DNA of 63,164 bases, the filler included, from Collodictyon triciliatum (lineage: Eukaryota), in the NCBI GenBank assembly GCA_043381765.1. It is 27 parts of 27 records of this genome, joined end to end, with 100 filler letters (N's around TTAATTAATTAA, not from the genome) between each part and the next. Parts side by side here need not be neighbours in the genome. Positions count along the whole stretch, not along the records: positions 35,176 to 37,416 come from JBHJMP010009226.1; positions 37,517 to 39,761 come from JBHJMP010009227.1; positions 39,862 to 42,100 come from JBHJMP010009228.1; positions 42,201 to 44,439 come from JBHJMP010009229.1; positions 44,540 to 46,777 come from JBHJMP010009230.1; positions 46,878 to 49,135 come from JBHJMP010009231.1; 21 more parts are not named here. One strand, written 5' to 3'. The stretch's first letter is position 1, and the number at the start of each line of letters is the position of its first letter. The position numbers were made by a program, and so were the translations under genes. The notes beneath the pieces are model-generated. The model saw only the letters and a list, made by a program, of their open reading frames with translations. It had not been told where the DNA came from and did no database searches. Of the stretch, positions 35,394 to 46,927 are shown in pieces.

Positions 35394-37019
35394 GGCAACT
35401 CGATTTGGTTATGCATCCCTTCTCACTGACATCATCCGAGAGTTTTTCACATGCATGTTTTTGGTTGTCATACTTGATCCAATCCGACAAATGTCAGCAC
35501 TTATTGTTCTTTATGCGGTACATATGTGCTTATTCGTCTTCATTAGTCCTCGCCTTTCAAAATTCGACAATGTGGTTAGTAGTAAATTCCACTATTGCTA
35601 TTTGTCCTTATAGTATGTCTTTGTATTGAAATTTGAAAGATATTTATTGAATGTAAAGTCCTTTTCTCTTGAAACGAAATCAACTCTATTACTCTACGTT
35701 CAGATCGAATCCATTACGTTACTTGCTGAAACGGCATCCATCGTCGCGTCGGGATTAACTGTGTTTATTTCGGATCCAGACCCAGCTGTCGGCGAATCCA
35801 TCTTTATCATGAATATTGGAGCAACATTTGTACTAATAGTTGTATGCATGTATGACCAGTTGAGCACAGTGATTGCTATTTTGACGGTTTGTAGTTTGTC
35901 TCCAATTGGGTCAACGTAGTCTTCCAAAATATCATTTCATCATCTAACCCTAAAATATAAAACTGAAATCAATCTAGATTGTTTATGAAATGGCTTGCTT
36001 CATGGCCGATTATTTAAGTATGTTGTTGTCTTACAGTTGGGCACAATTAATCCAAGAAAAAAAATGAAAGAAAATGGGACATATAACTAAACCCGCCAAA
36101 AATCTGTATCTGATTTGACGTATCAATCGAATATCTTCATACGAAGCGTTTTTCGTTGGTGTATGTATTAATGTAGATCATTCTCGCTGTTCAAACCACA
36201 GGGAAGAAGAGATTAAACTCCGATGTAGAGGGAATAAGTCCTCAACCATCTGAGGTTGCAGACACCACCGAAACAGAAATCAGCTTCAAGGCACCCATCA
36301 GCACTATAGCAACAGTTGAGAAATCAAAGGAACGTGTTGATTGGTACACTAGAAACGATGATATTGAATCGCAACCTAAACTTCGACATTTTGACATAGG
36401 TAATCATCTCAGTTCGTTTGTTTGTTTTGTTTTGTTTTGTTTTGTTTCGTTTTGTTTTGTTTTGTTTTGTTTTGTTTTGTTTTGTTTTGTTTTGTTTTGT
36501 TTTGTTTTGTTTTGTTTTGTTTTGTTTTCGTTTGTTTTCGTTTGTTTTCGTTTGTTTTCGTTTGTTTTCGTTTGTTTTCGTTTGTTTTCGTTTGTTTTCG
36601 TTTGTTTTTTGTTTTGTTTTCGTTTGTTTTCGTTTGTTTATTCGTTCATTCGTTCGTTCAACCTGTTTGCTTGCTTGCTTTGTCCCTTTTCCTTATCCCT
36701 TTGACCGTGGACTGCACTACCGCACCCATATCCAACCATGTTCTGGCTAACAACAATCGATTACAACGCAGATAACCCGATCGACGACGCTTCTCACGAG
36801 GAGGTCAAAATCTTTCTGCAAGGCCACGGGGTGGTCATCACCAGAGATATGCTGGCGAACAAAAGCATATTCAATGGCGCTTTCATACAGTCGCAAGATT
36901 ACTGGTCGCTGGTCCATCTTTTCGGGCCTGAACCCGCCCTCCGAGTATTCTACTCGCTGCACCCTTTCGACGAAGTCAACGCCACGTCCGAGCCTCGACT
37001 CGACGACACGATACTGTGA
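35394..37019 (+). CDS. C-terminal exons of a multi-pass membrane protein of unknown function
   Basis: ATRFGYASLLTDIIREFFTCMFLVVILDPIRQMSALIVLYAVHMCLFVFISPRLSKFDNV|IESITLLAETASIVASGLTVFI...|, then cytosolic exons. The ORF at 36738-37019 may be the last exon; joins are uncertain. Confidence 0.45.
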
Positions 37020-37358
37020 CCCATCGGGCCAGAATAAAGCGGCCTACCAGCAACTTGATTCCTCACCTGCTCGCCGCTTCTGGGGGAGTCACGGGCCCTT
37101 GCAAAGGGGAAAAAGAAGAGCCGAACCGCCTCGGGCGGATTACGTCATGTGTAGCGCGCAATATGTGCATCGCCAGCGGATGTGTTTTGCTGCAATATGC
37201 CACTGCGCGCAGCTTGGGTTTGCGAGAGGCGATTGGAATGAATGGGTATTCTCATGTCATTGGAAGGGACTTTTTGACGTGCTGTGGTAGTTGCGTTTAT
37301 GCTTTTTCTGCGGAGTTTCTTTGTTTTGTTGTTTTGTTGTTTTTTTTTTGTTTTTTTT

Positions 37359-37416
<58 letters not shown>

Positions 37417-39305
37417 NNNNNNNNNNNNNNNNNNNNNNNNNNNNNNNNNNNNNNNNNNNNTTAATTAATTAANNNNNNNNNNNNNNNNNNNNNNNNNNNN
37501 NNNNNNNNNNNNNNNNCGAGTAAATTGCAATAATACATTAAAAATTACAATTATGATTGAGCCGCACATATAGAGACACAATTCATCCCATTTTGATGAT
37601 TTTCTGCATTTTTTTATTCGTTATGCATGCAGTATGATTTTTCACTAATACTTTTGATTCGACTTTATTGTGTTTTTATTGTGTTTACATATAGCCGAGG
37701 ACTTCATCAGCCTTTGTAATTTCCTTGAAAAGCCAGCCGGATGTTCTGTGAACCGGACAAAAACTTTGGCTCATATGAATCTAAATAGGATATTTCTGAT
37801 CTCCGAATTTGAGATTGATATTTCCTTGGATTCTTTTGTAAAAATGGAAAGGATTCCATCATATTTGTACGGAATCGAAATATATGGCATCAAAGAGCAC
37901 AGCTATTTCTGTATTGCCTTCATGCGGAAAGGATTCTTGAAATTATGGTGAAAGAGAACTACTGACTTGCATGCATTTGTATGACATTATATATTATGAT
38001 GGACAATTACGCAAATATAAGGCATTATAAAATCATGCACTGGCGTAATAAGAACATCGTTTATATATTCCACAAACAAATAAGATGAAAGGGTATTAGA
38101 CCTCATTTTAAATCGTTCTTTTCCCCTTCATTTCGACGGACTGGACTCTACTTTCATTTTCGGTTTAATTTATTAAAACTGGCAGTATTTTTGCAAAGAC
38201 ACTCGCATTGATACTAATTCATTTGAGCATCTTAATAGATCTATTTTGAAATGCGTGTGTTAGGAAGGAGTATCCAAGTGAATTTCACTCTTCTGTGGAA
38301 CCCAAACAATCGCTTTTTCAAGCTCTATCGCATTTAAAGAAGAACCCTCGAAAATACTATCCCAAAAATCCAACGTATGTTTTACGGAGTTTTAGAATTA
38401 GACTTATGCGTGGATTTTGTTGCAATCTTAGCTTTAAGTTTGCGATGTGCGGTAAATGGAAATCTTGCTCTACTCTCGACATTTTTTTCTATGACAAACA
38501 TTTCAATAGAGCCAATATAAGAAGGTGAGATTATATGATTTGTAAAAACAATTTTCCGATTTGTTTTGATTAATTCTTTTCATATTTCATTACCATCATT
38601 AATTAATTCACTTGAAAAAAGAAAAAGAAGAAATGACAACCATCGATATTGATGAATTTTTTCCCCTAAAAGCCCAACACAATCGCCCATGAACATGGAG
38701 AACAAATGGCAATAAATTTACGTTGATAGCTCCTCTTAATAAGCATCAAATATATTTGAATAATCCAACCTATCTATATCAAAGTTATAATTCGCAGAAA
38801 TTCTGTTTGCTGCGTGGGCATAACCCGGGCCTCAGGTCTCCCTTCCATAGCTACGGCATTTCAGTGTGGTTATGGAATAATATTCGCCTCATGGCTGAGT
38901 ATCCACCGACCGCATGGTTAATGAGCCCCGCAGATCGTTGCTTGAATGTTCTATTAGCTGGTGCTGTTTTTTTTTTTTTGTCGCCATATAACAACATTCA
39001 CAGTTCTATTTATCTTGCGCAACTGGTTTTAAATTACAGATAAATTATGACAACAAGAGGACAAGGAGAAAAGAGAAAAAAAAATCTCTGGATACTAGCA
39101 TTTGGGAAAAACCCAATACTTTGAAAGAGATGGTACAATTTTTCAGACTCTTACAAAAAAACCTGTCGAAATTCCGTGGCAGAATATCAGATATGAATCA
39201 AGCATCACGTTTGTTTATTTGCCTCAGCAGCGAGAGAGAAGGAGCAGTGTCCAAGTAAACTAAACTGCATCTCGGCGTATATTTCCTACAACGTGGGCAA
39301 CGTCC

Positions 39306-39761
39306 TTAGGCGGTGGTCTCTGTCGTGCCAGCAGCGGCCGTCCGCACGACTTTGCTGAAGTTGCTGTACTTCTGGATGCGCTCCTCGTACGGCTCACGGT
39401 TTTCGCAGAAGACATTCACACCGTTGCTTGGGCGGTACGTGATATGCATGGCAATCTTTTTGTGAGCAGAAAAAAAAAGAAGGGTTAAAAATGATTAAAA
39501 GAAAAAAGAAAAAGAAAAGAAAACACAAACAAAAACAAAAACAAAAACAAAAATGGGTTAAAATGATCAAAAATAAAAGAAAAACAAAAAAGGGTTAAAA
39601 TGATGGCGAGTGATAAATGATTGATTCCAAGAGTTGTGGTGCGGAGTAGTGTCGAAGGATGTTGGAGTTGGCTGGCTGCATCAGCTACCTTGAGCTTGTG
39701 GTTGGGGTCTTTGCGGAATCGGAAGTTTTGCAGCAGTCGAACCATCACAATCGTCGCCTCC
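39306..39761 (-). CDS. Cytochrome P450, last two exons
   Basis: EATIVMVRLLQNFRFRKDPNHKLK|IAMHITYRPSNGVNVF...*, the typical post-heme L-helix and terminal beta pattern (E...LL..F.F...T..P..G). The heme Cys motif lies outside the contig. Confidence 0.65.
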
Positions 39762-40084
39762 NNNNNNNNNNNNNNNNNNNNNNNNNNNNNNNNNNNNNNN
39801 NNNNNTTAATTAATTAANNNNNNNNNNNNNNNNNNNNNNNNNNNNNNNNNNNNNNNNNNNNGAGTGAGTGAGTGAGTGAGTGAGTGAGTGAGTGAGTGAG
39901 TGAGTGAGTGAGTGAGTGAGTGAGTGAGTGAGTGAGTGAGTGAGTGAGGGAGTGAGTGAGTGAGAGAGTGAGGGAGTGAGTGAGTGAGTGAGTGAGTGAG
40001 TGAGTGAGTGAGTGAGTGAGTGAGTGAGTGAGTGAGTGAGTGAGTGAGTGAGTGAGTGAGTGAGTGAGTGAGTGAGTTTCTCAG

Positions 40085-41794
40085 CATTATTATGAGAATC
40101 GAACTTGATTGTATGAAATGTCCAAGGATTTCATGTTGGACATGTATGAGATGTAGTCTGGTAACACGGAAATCTAAGATAAAATAGTCAAATTAATGAT
40201 AGATTCGTTGTTGTTTTTCCCCCTCAAGAGCGTCGGCATTGGTCATGTCTTAGTTAGTTAGTTAGTTAGTTATTTAGTTAGTAAGCTAGCTAGCTAGTTG
40301 CGAGATGAAAATGTACTAATAGGCAATAACATTTACTTTGTTGTTGGAAATGTCCAACATTTCTAAAGATGCAGTGGAAGTGAAGTAAGTCGGGATTTCC
40401 GATAGCTAGGTAAGACGTTACAGTTGAAACGTATTCTTAAATTGATTCGAAAAACACAAAAGTATGGCCATGTTTAATATTTGTTTTGCAAAGAAAACCT
40501 GGTTAGCTTTAACGCATATTTGTCGCAAAGACCATGCTTGTTTTCCAACCAAGTGGCCAATTTTTGTAATCTTAATATTTGTGTGTACTTTTGAATACTT
40601 GTCTCTTCTTCATTTTGGGAATATAATCGACTTCAAAGTATATTTTCAAAAAAAAAAAAAGTACGCAGTTATTCGATGCATTGAGAACTTGAAGTTTCTC
40701 CAGGTGGACTATTTCAGATCTCAGTTCGGTTAGCTTTCGAAAAGAAAAGAAAATTCAGTAAATTATAACGAGATAAAATGGAACTGCTCAAGTAAAGATG
40801 AAAAATGTATCACAATACCTTGTTGAATGAGAATGAAATGTATTCAAGTGAAGTGATATTTGAAATACTTTCGTGCAGTTCCTCCAACTTAAAAATCAAT
40901 CAAATTAGACAAACATGTATGAATTATATTATTTGATTAAGTGTGATGCACCTAAGATTGATGAAAGAATTTGATAAAAGAAAAGATAAATGAGATATTC
41001 ACCAAGTTGTGGCTGACGAACATAGACTGGAGATTCCTAGCCTTGTGCGAGAATCGTGGAATTCTGGAAATCTGTCCAAAGGAGACATTAAAAAAATGGG
41101 TAGAGGTAATGAGAGTCGAACTATAGATGTTCACAATACGTCGTCGTCCACATGGCTTGAAACAAATATATGAGAGACAATGAAATATTTATATTCGTAA
41201 ATAACCTTATTATGGCTCAAATGCAATTCCTGTAGGCACTCAAGATAAAATAAAGAGACAGGAACAGAACTTATCTATTACATAAGGTGGATGTTAAGGA
41301 AAGACAAAATAAAAGGTTGTATTAGGATGATCACTCTTTTCTAATGTTAACCTCGTTGTGTGACAAATTAACTAATCTCAGGGACACCATTAGGTCTATG
41401 TCTTCCGGTATGGATGATATCTGTTAATGGTTGTGCATGCTTTTAAAACATATTTTGTCAGCAGCGAAGTAAGAGTATGACCTCTTCAAGTTCCTTTCAA
41501 AGAAAAAAAATCATGAAAATGTGAGAAGTCTCCACCCTTCAAGACTAGAAAGTCAGGATACTTTAACAAGCTAATCAAAGCGGGTATTGACAGCACCAGC
41601 GTTCTTTTTACAAAGCATACACAGACCTTGCAGCTAACGAGTCTCAAGACTCGCAGCCTTGTAAGAAGCTGGTAGCCGACTGGAAAGGCTTCCAGACACG
41701 CTTCCTCGGTCACGTTCCATTCCTCCTGGAGAGCGAATTCGTCGGCGTCACAGCCGAGTGAGGCGATCAACTCAGACAAGACACAAACGTCCAT
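40085..41794 (-). CDS. Leucine-rich repeat protein, 5' exons
   Basis: LEAFPVGYQLLTRLRVLRLVSCK|ISSIPEDIDLMVSLR|ISSVPVSLFYLECLQELHLSHN|ISRIPRFSHKARNLQSMFVSHNL|LTELRSEIVHLEKLQVLNASNNC. LxxLxLxxN repeats at roughly one repeat per exon. Confidence 0.75.
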
Positions 41795-42322
41795 CGCTTT
41801 GTCTGCTATAACGATAGAGTTATGTGGTGAGCCTCTTCTGGATACAAAAAAAACCCACTAAGCTTCGTTTTCGAATTAAATCGAAAAAACTCGAGAAAAC
41901 AACACCCAAGGCGATCCATTCCATTGTGTTCGGGTTTTTCTGGCCGATCGAAGGCGGTGTTGATTTAATCGGACTTATATTTGTCTTGCGTGCGTGCGTG
42001 CGTGTTTATGTATGTATGTATGTATGTATGTATGTATGTATGTATGTATGTATGTATGTATGTATGTATGTATGTATGTATGTATGTATGTATGTATGTA
42101 NNNNNNNNNNNNNNNNNNNNNNNNNNNNNNNNNNNNNNNNNNNNTTAATTAATTAANNNNNNNNNNNNNNNNNNNNNNNNNNNNNNNNNNNNNNNNNNNN
42201 CTTTTTTCTTTTTTCTTTTTTCTTTTTTCTTTTTTCTTTTTTCTTTTTTCTTTTTTCTTTTTTCTTTTTTCTTATTTTTTTTCTTTTGCGACCCTTTGGA
42301 AGGGAGGGGAGGGATTCAGAGA

Positions 42323-44241
42323 CCTGCGAGAATGCGGTGAAGTGGTATGTGGTATGAGAAAGCACATGGAGACGTTGCTTCTCCAATAACCTAAGAAATA
42401 GATAAATTTTAAAAAAAAAACCTGTATATAATACTGGAAAAGTAGAAATTAAATTGGACGGGTTCATGTCAGAAAAAAATCCACTCTAACCGGAAATCCA
42501 TCTACGTCTTCCCATTTAACATGGCTAAGAAGAGGAACTGCCCCCTTTGCGAGTTCTGATAGTGTTTTGGCGATCATTTTGTGAAGCAGAGTAATTTTTT
42601 CACTTTGCACCTAATTATTTATTAAGATAACTAAGAAAGTAATCAGAAAATGACCAATTTGATAGAATTCGCTCACCAGTTCAGGTCGTCGGAAAGTTCG
42701 AAGGAAGAGAGGGAGGCAATACATCAGCTCGATATTACAATTGTAGGTATTGACCCAACCTTCATCATCCATTTCTGTATGAGGCTGCCCTCTGGTAAGG
42801 ATTGAATATCTTACAACACGTAGTGTCTTCGAGACGATAAAAAAAATCATTCGGTACGATAAAACAGTATGTTTGAATAAGATAATACAAACTTCGGAAC
42901 ATAGACATTAGTCCCAGATAACTGACACAAAGATATCATTGTTATCCAGTCCTCAATAATATTGAAATGGTGTCTAAATATTGCAATATTCGCCTCATCA
43001 TGTGATATAACCGTGCGAAAATCTCTCAATATCTATTATGAGGTAGATCAATGAAATATAAAAAGGAATAATACTATTGTATGAAAAATTATGATGCACA
43101 GGAAAAGAGGCTTACAGGGGCATAACGAGCCTTCACGACAAAGTCCGAGCTCATGTCCAACATAATCGGGTGATTCGTAAAGATATCATGGGGTTTGGAG
43201 TTTTCAGCAAACATTTTCTTTGTGGTTTGCATGATAGTATTTGCTATTGGATTTGTTGCTGACATCCTATTTACTAAGGTTGATACTAGGGACAATCAGA
43301 ATTAAATCAGTTTAGTTTGAATTGTAAGAGAGTGAAAAGGAAAGAGAAAGAAAAAAAAGAAAGAAAAAGTGAGAGAGAGAGAGGAAAGGGAAATATAGAG
43401 GAAATAATAGAGAAACTCCAGATAAGGTACATCATCGACACGTACCAGTAAATATCTGAACACAGAATGTTAGCAGATTATCTTGATCTGTGTTTTCTCC
43501 GTCCAAGGTAAGTTTTTCCTAGTTTCACAAGTCAAAATTAGTTCGTATAAGTGGTCGTTAACTGTGGGGATTAGATAAAAAAAATTCTCTGTATTGTAGC
43601 AATGCGCGAAGAACATAATATAGAAGAAAAAAACTACTCACCACCCAATGCCCGTATAGTGGCATTATTGCTTTGAGAAACAACTCCTTGAATTTCGTAT
43701 CCATCAGCAACTGTTTTGTATATGGCATTAAATTTGAGGTGATGGCAAGCGTAAACGCGGGTATTTATTTGAAAAATACTTATGGCAAGCGAAATCTAAA
43801 TAAATGAAATAAGTGATCATTCGTCTTTCAATAATTAAGTATATACTGATGTGTAAAAATCATATATAGCGTCCTTTGCAACTTTTGATATGTCAGAGTC
43901 AAGTCTAAAAAGGGTTTCCAATAGCCTTTCTTCTGGTTTGATACCCGGCACGTCCCCAACTATATATTGTATTCAAGGAAATTTATGGTCGCCTGGCTGG
44001 GGTGATGAAAATCAAAATAAGATAACCACGCGTAACCATCACAAGTTAAAAAAAAAAAAAAAAGAATGGATATTTAAAATTTTATAGCAACATACAAGCC
44101 TCTGCAATTATTCTCCTCACAGCGTCACCATATGAGCAGAGAGTGGTTAAGTATTTCACAAGCTCCACTATTTCTTCAATAGTAAATCTTTTGACTGAAT
44201 AAGAGGGGTCTATAAGCCTCCTAATCTCATTCAGGAAAACC
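42323..44241 (-). CDS. UBR1/UBR2/PRT6-like N-recognin E3 ligase, internal exons
   Basis: LLETLFRLDSDISK..., DNLLTFCVQIFT, ILRDFRTVISH and RYSILTRGQPHTEMDDEGWVNTYN resemble the UBR1-family LSVQxFT, DLxYxLSH and R..G.H.E.E..W motifs. Confidence 0.65.
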
Positions 44242-44896
44242 TATGAACGAAAAAAGGGAAAATTATTCTTAAGGACAGTTATGTTGCTTACATACTAATC
44301 GAATATTCATAGTCATAGTCATAGTGTTATTGCCATTTTCATTGTTATTATTGTTATTATTGTTATTATTGTTATTATTGTTATTATTGTTATTATTGTT
44401 ATTATTGTTATTATTGTTATTATTGTTATTATTGTTATTNNNNNNNNNNNNNNNNNNNNNNNNNNNNNNNNNNNNNNNNNNNNTTAATTAATTAANNNNN
44501 NNNNNNNNNNNNNNNNNNNNNNNNNNNNNNNNNNNNNNNCAAACAAACAAACAAACAAACAAACAAACAAACAAACAAACAAACAAACAAACAAACAAAC
44601 AAACAAACAAACAAACAAACAAACAAACAAACAAAAGACAGTCAAAAGATGAACCAGAACCCCGGGACTGTTGTGATAGAAACCCATCGCCGTCTTCAGG
44701 AAGTATGGCGTATACACATAAAGCGCTGTGAAGGCATTGTTGCAAAGATGAACCTTTTTTAAGAGGAGAAAACACAAAGAAAGAAAAGAAAAAAGAAAAG
44801 AAAAAAGAAAAGAAAAAAGAAAAGAAAAAGAAAAGAAAAGTAAAACAGGGCTTGTGGACACTTTAACATTCCTGCTTACCCACGTGTTCTCTGCAG

Positions 44897-46672
44897 ATGG
44901 CTGCTATGCCCAGCTCATCTTGGGGTCCTGATCCAGGCATCTTCAAGCCCAACCTGCTGATCCGGGCTCTGCTGCAAATGTCTCCTCAAGAGAACAACTC
45001 GCTTTGTTCCGCCTCCCTTGCGTCAGAAACAGGCAACGACAACGCGACCCAGCGAACACCAGCGCAGTTGATTTATGCAACCATGCCTGTTGTGAGCCTC
45101 TCTTACTCAATCTGCTATGGCCTTGGCCTCACCGTTCCGTCTTGCCCACTTCTTATTCTCAGCGAGCCACAGGGACTTGGTACGAAGCCCACTAGCGATC
45201 TTCCCCTCCCTCATAACTCCTCCCTCTTTTATGTCTTATTCCGCAGATGTCACTTTTATTGTCATATATGTGTTGTGATATGTGTTGTGATATGTGTTGT
45301 GATATGTATTGTATTGTATTGTATTGTATCGTATTGTATTGTATTGTATTGTATTGTATTGTATTGTATTGTATCGTATTGTATTGTATTGTATTGTATT
45401 GTATTGTATTGTATTGTATTGTATTGTATTGTATTGTATTGTATTGTATTGTATTGTATTGCATTGTATTGCATTGTATTGCATTGTATCGTATTGTATT
45501 GTATTGTATTGTATTGTATTGTATTGTATTGTATTGTATTGTATTGTATTGTATTGTATTGTATTGTATTGTATTGTATTGTATTGTATTGTATTGTATT
45601 GTATTGTATTGTATTGTATTGTATTGTATTACATTGCATTGTATTGCATTGCATTGCATTGTATTGTATTGTATTACTTGTATGAGTGCAAATGCGCATA
45701 GATCTCATATACTAATGATCTTAGATGACCTTACATCCCCTTTCTGTCTGTGGCAAAAAGATAAACCCTCATTGGAAGAACTAGTATTAGTTCCCTTATT
45801 GTGATATCTATCTGAGTTTTTTTTTTAATACACATATTTGAAATTTTCTTTACATTTTTTTTGAAAATATTGCTGTTACTTTGATATTTTATCTTACTTT
45901 ATCACATAATGGGACTATTTATTTGGAAATAGACCCGGAGTTTCCCTATCGGAAAATCGGACTTTACAACAGCTTTTGCCAAAGAAAGATTGAAAATCTT
46001 AAAAGGTACACTAGCATATTTTTCTTACTTTTTTTTTTTATTATATCATGCGGATGAATTTTTTTACTACAAAAATATATATATTGATTCTTATTTTATT
46101 ATTTATACTATGCATTCAGGTCTGGGGAAAACTTACGGCCCTAATTCAGAAATATTTGATGCACCTGTATTTACTTATTATTTTCAAAATTTGACTTAAT
46201 TGCACATCTTTAGTAGACAATTCCACGTTTAATTTACTTTAATAACTCAACAAAAAAATTAGATTTAATTTTGAACTGGTTATTTTGTTTTTAGAAGATT
46301 GCAGTGTTAGAGTTTTTTTCTTTTGTTCTAATTGGTTGCTTATGAACTCAGGATGAAGCAGCCGCATTCATCATGGACAACCATTTAGAGTCTCTTAAGG
46401 ACTCGATTGATAACTTAAGATGTAAATCAATCATTCGATTTTCTTAACGACCTGAATTCATGCGAAAAACAAGTAAATTTATGTACACTATATTAACTTT
46501 AAATCACTGTGTCAAAATAGATGGGGCTGGTTTGCCTTGTGACAACCTAATTTCTCGTCTATTTTACTCTGATTTGTTCACGAATCCATATGGTTCTAAT
46601 GATAAATCAGATATGTTGATATCACTTGCACCAGTCTTAGCCAGTTCTCTGTCAAACGCCGCCCCATCCCCA
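44897..46672 (+). CDS. Possible multi-exon gene of unknown function
   Basis: AG/GT-bounded, more GC-rich blocks at about 44897-45091, 45932-46005, 46120-46166, 46352-46421 and 46521-46672. No recognisable domain, and the strand of the first block is ambiguous. Confidence 0.3.
45300..45676 (+). repeat. (GTATT)n microsatellite, about 75 units
   Basis: Directly visible. It is the source of the spurious CIVLY/QYNTI ORFs. Confidence 0.95.
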
Positions 46673-46927
46673 GTACCTCCTTTTCTTTTTCTTTTTCTTT
46701 TTCTTTTTCTTTTTCTTTTTCTTTTTCTTTTTCTTTTTCTTTTTCTTTTTCTTTTTCTTTTTCTTTTTCTTTTTCTTNNNNNNNNNNNNNNNNNNNNNNN
46801 NNNNNNNNNNNNNNNNNNNNNTTAATTAATTAANNNNNNNNNNNNNNNNNNNNNNNNNNNNNNNNNNNNNNNNNNNNACAGCTTCACGCTGCGGATTATT
46901 CCAGACTTTTAATTTCTTGCCTAGAAT

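Noticed and set aside
37517-39250. Short ORFs in an AT-rich stretch
   Set aside because: No coding signature or domain; treated as intergenic.
44881-45060. In-frame TGA on the minus strand as a possible selenocysteine
   Set aside because: Strand and exon structure are ambiguous, there is no recognisable selenoprotein motif, and no SECIS was identified.
45192-45804. CIVLY/QYNTI repeat ORFs on both strands
   Set aside because: A (GTATT)n microsatellite read in stop-free frames.
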